From a virus: a stretch of DNA of 41,256 nt. The translations under genes were made by a program, and so were the position numbers. Below, one piece after another: positions 36,795 through 41,256 of the stretch (position 1 is its first letter; each line of letters starts with the position of its first letter). The stretch lies in UHGV virus genome UHGV-0203268; one strand, written 5' to 3'. Below the pieces are notes generated by a model that did no database searches, was not told where the DNA came from, and saw only the letters and a program-made list of their open reading frames with translations.

Positions 36795-37634
36795 TTATTT
36801 GTTTAACGGTGGATTTGATGAATCAAACAGACTTTCAATGTTTTCGTTAGTTTCTGTGTCATTAATTGGTTCAGCCTCTTTTCGCTGATTAGTCTCATCG
36901 TTTTCAGATATGATAAAACCGTCTTCTTGGACTTCATTCACCACAGTTTCATCGCTGATCGAAGCTCTCTGCATATCGATAGACAAGATTCCCCATTTAC
37001 TCAACATATTCCTTAGAACAGTTTTTTTAGCCATAGCGTCATAATCTTTTTTCCAGCCAAAATCTGATTTACTGAATTTCCGTTTGTGGGCTTCGATTTC
37101 TTGTTTGGTCCAATACACTGTTTTCTTAAAACCGTTTAACAACTCAAAATATCCCACATACCCGATCACTTCATCCGATTGCTTTCCGTTTTGATCAAAT
37201 TCAAATTCTTCGGTTAATCGATTCCAACCTTTTAATTCGCCTTCATACACTTCGATCACGTTCAGTGCTTTGTATTGACCCGATCGCTGTGCTAATTGAA
37301 TATACCCCTTATAACCAAGTTGAAACTGTGCCTTCCCTTTGTATGGTACTATCCATGCGTAACCAAGATTTTTATCAACTGGTAAATCAAGTGAAGCGGC
37401 AACCATGGCGCTTGTTACGATAGTCATAGGCTCTGTGCTACTCAAATATGAATCATTACTAACTAGATTTAGGACACTGGCCATAAATCCATCTGATTTA
37501 TCTTTGAGTACATCCTCAAACTTTTTCCTCATTGTTGGTGTATTCATCAATGCTTTAAGCCCTAACTGACCAGCAGCAACTTGTTTTTGTGGTTTCTCAG
37601 CGAGCTGACTCTTTAATGCATCATTTGTGGCCAT
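36795..37634 (-). CDS. recT: RecT-family single-strand annealing recombinase
   Basis: GYKGYIQLAQRSGQYK core. Paired with the YqaJ exonuclease. Confidence 0.75.
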   Translation of the reverse strand: MATNDALKSQLAEKPQKQVAAGQLGLKALMNTPTMRKKFEDVLKDKSDGFMASVLNLVSNDSYLSSTEPMTIVTSAMVAASLDLPVDKNLGYAWIVPYKGKAQFQLGYKGYIQLAQRSGQYKALNVIEVYEGELKGWNRLTEEFEFDQNGKQSDEVIGYVGYFELLNGFKKTVYWTKQEIEAHKRKFSKSDFGWKKDYDAMAKKTVLRNMLSKWGILSIDMQRASISDETVVNEVQEDGFIISENDETNQRKEAEPINDTETNENIESLFDSSNPPLNK

Positions 37635-37635
37635 A

Positions 37636-38580
37636 TTATTTAATCTCCTTTTCTGTGAGTCTTCGTGATTCAGTAACGTTGTAGATTTCTTCGTCTTTAG
37701 CTACTTCTGGATATTTTTCAGCAAGCTTTTTGCTGTTCATACGTTTCGTAGAAACCAATTTCCATGAAATGATGTTCCTGGGTGTAATACCAATGCATGC
37801 TTTGCGTTTCCCAAGCTCATTGATAATCTCGTTATCAACCTGACGGATAGCCGTTTCAATCTCTTTCTTTGCTTTCTTCAGCTCACGCTTTTGATCAATT
37901 AAGTCATCAAAAGAAGCAGGTAACGTTGTTTCGTCTTCCTTAGTGTCCGAATATTTTTCTTTTAAAAACTCGGATGTGGCTTCGCTGCCATCAATAACTG
38001 GCTCTTGTCCATCCAAAACATACGTTTCCCAAAAATCCACCAGTCGTTCAGTAATCATGTCAATCAGCTCTTGATCACGATCAACTCGCTTCCAGATGAA
38101 TTTCTGTCCTCCGATTAGAACAGCGATATAGCAATATTTCTTATTTAATACGTTCATGTAGTGCTGTACTTGACACAAATAACTTAAAGGAACCTCTTCG
38201 CCTTCCCACTCTTTACCAAGAAATGCATTAGCTGTTTTACATTCCAAAATGGCGTCTTCTCCAACTACGTCCCGATCGATGTTCGCTCGTAGAAAAGGAT
38301 GTAGTGGATGTTCAAACACTTGATTCCTTCGACGAACCTTTTTACCAGTACGTTCTTGAAATTCTTTTGCTACAATTTCTTCTAGGACATTTCCCCAATA
38401 AGCTGGCTCGCTCTCAGTGTGTTCTAAATCGATTTGACCAGTTTTTTCTAGCCATAACTGATATGGAGATTTCCATTTATTTAGTCCTAAGATAGTAGCA
38501 ACATCTGAACCGCCTATACCTTTTCGGCGGTCCAACAACCACTCGTCATGTGTCATTTCAAGAGTTGATTTACTTCTCAT
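37636..38580 (-). CDS. YqaJ-like viral recombination exonuclease (lambda Exo fold)
   Basis: N-terminal EWLLDRRKGIGGSDVATILGLNKWKSPYQLW is characteristic of YqaJ. A 32-aa RBS-bearing micro-ORF at 38583-38681 overlaps its start. Confidence 0.75.
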   Translation of the reverse strand: MRSKSTLEMTHDEWLLDRRKGIGGSDVATILGLNKWKSPYQLWLEKTGQIDLEHTESEPAYWGNVLEEIVAKEFQERTGKKVRRRNQVFEHPLHPFLRANIDRDVVGEDAILECKTANAFLGKEWEGEEVPLSYLCQVQHYMNVLNKKYCYIAVLIGGQKFIWKRVDRDQELIDMITERLVDFWETYVLDGQEPVIDGSEATSEFLKEKYSDTKEDETTLPASFDDLIDQKRELKKAKKEIETAIRQVDNEIINELGKRKACIGITPRNIISWKLVSTKRMNSKKLAEKYPEVAKDEEIYNVTESRRLTEKEIK

Positions 38581-38728
38581 TTTCTGGCTCCTCTCTTTGA
38601 GTCGGCTGTCCCCAACCCGGTGTTGTTAGATACTGATCTAATGCGTTCTCGAAAGAATTCATTGTCATTTCCCCTTTTCTGTTTTAAAATGGAGACAAAG
38701 ATATTTAATAAAATACTTGATGGACTTG

Positions 38729-38920
38729 CTATTGCTTTGGTCGGCTAGCAAGTCTTTTTTCTTTGTCTTGATAATCTTTTGCAGCCATGTCATAGACAAT
38801 ATTTGCGAAAGACCATAGAAATACTAAAACTAATCCTGCTACTACATGAATTGCTGTAAAAGCTACTACAAAAAGCAATAGTGCTGTGACGATAAATGTA
38901 TCTTTAATTGATCGTTTCAT
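38729..38920 (-). CDS. small membrane protein (63 aa)
   Basis: Two predicted TM helices. Confidence 0.35.
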   Translation of the reverse strand: MKRSIKDTFIVTALLLFVVAFTAIHVVAGLVLVFLWSFANIVYDMAAKDYQDKEKRLASRPKQ

Positions 38921-38923
38921 GTT

Positions 38924-39172
38924 TTATGCCTCCTTGTAATTGTATGTTCGATTACGTTCTTCCCATTCCTTCACTTTTTGCAGATCATATTGAAGCATCC
39001 CACTAAGTTTTGAAAAAGGAATTGGATCTACTTTCCGATGTGTTAGTTTCGATAATGTTGGTCTTGAGATGCCTAGATAATCAGCGATTTCTTTGGCTTT
39101 TTTCCACTCAACTTCGGTAACTTCTTTTTTTCTCTCAAGCGGTACAACATTCTTCATTTGAGAAATTTTCAC
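38924..39172 (-). CDS. HTH_17 (Xis/AlpA-like) DNA-binding protein
   Basis: AKEIADYLGISRPTLSKL motif. Confidence 0.5.
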   Translation of the reverse strand: MKISQMKNVVPLERKKEVTEVEWKKAKEIADYLGISRPTLSKLTHRKVDPIPFSKLSGMLQYDLQKVKEWEERNRTYNYKEA

Positions 39173-39178
39173 TTTAGA

Positions 39179-39727
39179 TCATCCCCTCATATATCTTTTT
39201 TTAATCCAGTGAGGCATACGCTCCTTAATTGCCTCTTGAATAGTGATGTTCAGAATCTTTAGGATAGAGAAGACGATTGCCATTTCAACAATGATTTCAT
39301 CAAGAAACTCGTCTGTGTAATTCCTAAGCTCTGTTTTTTCAACATCGGTTAGCATCCTGACTTGAGATTCAGCAACAATTCTCTGGACTACTTTCTTCCG
39401 TTCTTTCCTCTCGTTTGACTCGATTTCTTGAAAAATTTCTAGATCATTCGTTGATTTGACATCTGCCAGCTGGCCATCCATTGATTTGAAAAATCCTAAG
39501 TATTGATAACTGATGTCTCCTGTTAATTCATCAGTAGCTTGATACCCATTTTCTTTCATTGCCTCTAGATACTCGATTGCCTTGTCAATATTGACGTTGG
39601 CTCCATTAAAATGATCACTTACTGTTGCATTTGGTGTTTTGGCGTCGATGGCTAATTCTTTCTGACGTTTACTCGAAAGAAATAATGCTAGCTTTAAAGA
39701 TCGTCCAATTTTTGCTGTCTTCGGCAC
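39179..39727 (-). CDS. hypothetical early protein with N-terminal HTH-like segment (182 aa)
   Basis: ORF with RBS. Weak HTH resemblance. Confidence 0.4.
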   Translation of the reverse strand: MPKTAKIGRSLKLALFLSSKRQKELAIDAKTPNATVSDHFNGANVNIDKAIEYLEAMKENGYQATDELTGDISYQYLGFFKSMDGQLADVKSTNDLEIFQEIESNERKERKKVVQRIVAESQVRMLTDVEKTELRNYTDEFLDEIIVEMAIVFSILKILNITIQEAIKERMPHWIKKRYMRG

Positions 39728-39791
39728 GTTATCACTCCTTATATTCGTTTTTGTTATTAACCCAAACGGTCAATAATTACTTAAAATGAAA

Positions 39792-40046
39792 TTAAGCAAT
39801 AAGCTTTGGTGTTGAGGCGAACTGCCATTTCTCATCGATATATGAATAAATGTCCTGCGCTACTTCATCAGTAGCCAAGAAACGAATAATGATTTCTTCA
39901 ACACCGCCAGTGTTTGTAAACAGTTCGCCTTCAATGCCGATTGAAATGCTAAACTTGCGTTTAATTGCAGGAATAATCATTTCGATATAGCGTGGTAAAA
40001 ATCCCGAATCGACATTCGCTTTAATCATTTGCGGTTTATCTTTCAT
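39792..40046 (-). CDS. hypothetical early protein (84 aa)
   Basis: ATGA-coupled to the cro-like gene. Confidence 0.4.
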   Translation of the reverse strand: MKDKPQMIKANVDSGFLPRYIEMIIPAIKRKFSISIGIEGELFTNTGGVEEIIIRFLATDEVAQDIYSYIDEKWQFASTPKLIA

Positions 40047-40267
40047 TTCGGCACCTCCTCACGTGTCATTTCGCGTAGTTTAGGTTCAAAAAAAAGAGTC
40101 CATTCAAAATCTAAAGCTTTTGCTATTTTCATAGCTTTTTCGACAGATGGTCTCCGTCTCCCTTGCTCTATAGATGAATAAGTTGTTCTCGGAATATTTG
40201 ATAGCTGAGCAACTTCATCTTGTGTTAGATCTTTTTCTAAACGCAATTTAGTTAACCAGTTTTCCAT
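40043..40267 (-). CDS. Cro-like XRE-family HTH regulator
   Basis: LTQDEVAQLSNIPRTTYSSIEQGRRRPS HTH. Divergent from the cI-like gene. Confidence 0.75.
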   Translation of the reverse strand: MENWLTKLRLEKDLTQDEVAQLSNIPRTTYSSIEQGRRRPSVEKAMKIAKALDFEWTLFFEPKLREMTREEVPK

Positions 40268-40435
40268 AAAAATGATTCTCCTTTCAATGTGTCGTATTGC
40301 GTACTTTTATATTACTACGCATTTTGACACATGTCAACAAATAATTATTCTTTTTGACACATTTTATTTTTTTATTTTAACATACGCGCATTGCGTAGTA
40401 TCATTATTACATATTGAAGCATTGGAGGTGCTCAG
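40268..40435. promoter_or_regulatory. lysis-lysogeny switch region with divergent promoters and repeated operator half-sites (TTGCGTA/TACGCA and TTGACA-ca-TGTCAA)
   Basis: Repeats seen directly between divergent HTH genes. Confidence 0.5.
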
Positions 40436-40762
40436 ATGTTCGGACGCAGACTCATGGATTTAAGAAAGCAAAAAAAACTAACTCAAGCTGAAATGGCAGA
40501 TGTTTTAGGTGTCGCACGTACTACATATTCATCATACGAGCAAGGTAGACGTACCCCTGATGTTGATATTCAAAATAAAATAGCAGATTATTTTAAGGTT
40601 AGTCTTGATTATTTGCACGGTAGAACCGATTCTACGAATATTGAAAAAGATACTAATCTTCTCGTTGCAACTCACGTTGATGACGATTTGACTGATAAGC
40701 AAAAACAAGAAGTGCTAGACTTCATCCAATTTATTAAGATGAGAGACCACGACAAAGAGTAG
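40436..40762 (+). CDS. cI-like XRE-family repressor without a peptidase domain (ImmR-like)
   Basis: LTQAEMADVLGVARTTYSSYEQGRRTPD HTH. No S24 domain. Followed by ImmA. Confidence 0.75.
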   Translation: MFGRRLMDLRKQKKLTQAEMADVLGVARTTYSSYEQGRRTPDVDIQNKIADYFKVSLDYLHGRTDSTNIEKDTNLLVATHVDDDLTDKQKQEVLDFIQFIKMRDHDKE

Positions 40763-41245
40763 GTGATGTATTTGAATATTTCTGAACGTTTGATGTCTGA
40801 ATATGATGAACTCACATATAAATTTGAAAAAGGTATGCCAGATCATCAGGATGGGCTAATTATTGGGAAAACAATCTACCTGAGACCTGGACAATCTGCA
40901 ACTGAATTAGCTGCCACAATTTCAGAAGAAATTGCTCACTACCTTACCTCCGTTGGTGATATCACAGATTCAAATAATCCTGATCACCGTAAACAGGAAA
41001 GACGAGCACGAGATATTGGTGCAGTGATGCTAGTATCACCTTATGACATCATAGATTGTTTTGAGGCGGGATGTATCTCTATTTGGGAATGTGCTGAACA
41101 TTTGCAGGTGTCTGAAGTAACGTTTAAGGATGCAGTGAAGTGGTATGCAAGAAAATGGAACGGCATCAAAACAAAAAACAACTACACTCTCCTATTCCAG
41201 CCGAATGGGACTGTAGCAGTTTTAAAATCATTTAATAATTTTTAG
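40763..41245 (+). CDS. ImmA/IrrE-family metallopeptidase (anti-repressor protease)
   Basis: COG2856-like layout directly downstream of the repressor. EEIAHYLTS motif region. Confidence 0.6.
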   Translation: MMYLNISERLMSEYDELTYKFEKGMPDHQDGLIIGKTIYLRPGQSATELAATISEEIAHYLTSVGDITDSNNPDHRKQERRARDIGAVMLVSPYDIIDCFEAGCISIWECAEHLQVSEVTFKDAVKWYARKWNGIKTKNNYTLLFQPNGTVAVLKSFNNF

Positions 41246-41256
41246 GAGGGGTTTCG

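Overview
This is low-GC Firmicutes DNA (Lactobacillales, possibly Enterococcus or Listeria-like, judged from holin, ArpU, YopX and Phage_fiber_2 type genes), and it is almost entirely mobile DNA. (1) 1-3.1 kb: the right-hand end of an integrative element read on the + strand. It holds a stand-alone HsdR_N-like PD-(D/E)xK nuclease, a 113-aa protein, a small ORF translationally coupled to an Arm-domain tyrosine integrase, an integrase terminator, and an att-like region carrying four copies of CTATCACC and recurring CGAAC..GTTCG palindromes. (2) 3.4-6.0 kb: an accessory stretch with three small + strand ORFs and a minus-strand NYN (PIN-like) RNase gene whose RBS directly abuts a terminator-like leader hairpin. 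An AT-rich decayed region follows, bracketed by two near-identical terminator hairpins. (3) 6.0-40.3 kb: a near-complete PBSX-like, contractile-tailed (myovirus-type) prophage transcribed on the minus strand. Reading leftward in transcription order it carries a Cro-like regulator, Xis-like HTH, YqaJ exonuclease, RecT, DnaD-like replisome organiser and RusA. An embedded second tyrosine-recombinase module, opposite-strand morons (a mini TPR protein plus a 37-aa membrane peptide), YopX and ArpU follow. Then come a phage-borne tRNA-Pro(UGG), TerS, TerL, portal, a MuF minor head protein with a C-terminal HExxH toxin-like domain, scaffold and capsid. Head-tail joining proteins, sheath, tube, a chaperone pair with a -1 frameshift site, a 1458-aa tape measure, XkdP-to-XkdU-like baseplate proteins, a tail fibre with Phage_fiber_2 repeats, holin and amidase endolysin complete the late region. 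(4) 40.4-41.2 kb: a divergent cI-like XRE repressor plus ImmA metalloprotease on the + strand. The prophage integrase is presumably just beyond the right edge. No CRISPR array, reverse transcriptase or rRNA was seen. All protein-family calls come from reading motifs by eye and need HMM or BLAST confirmation.
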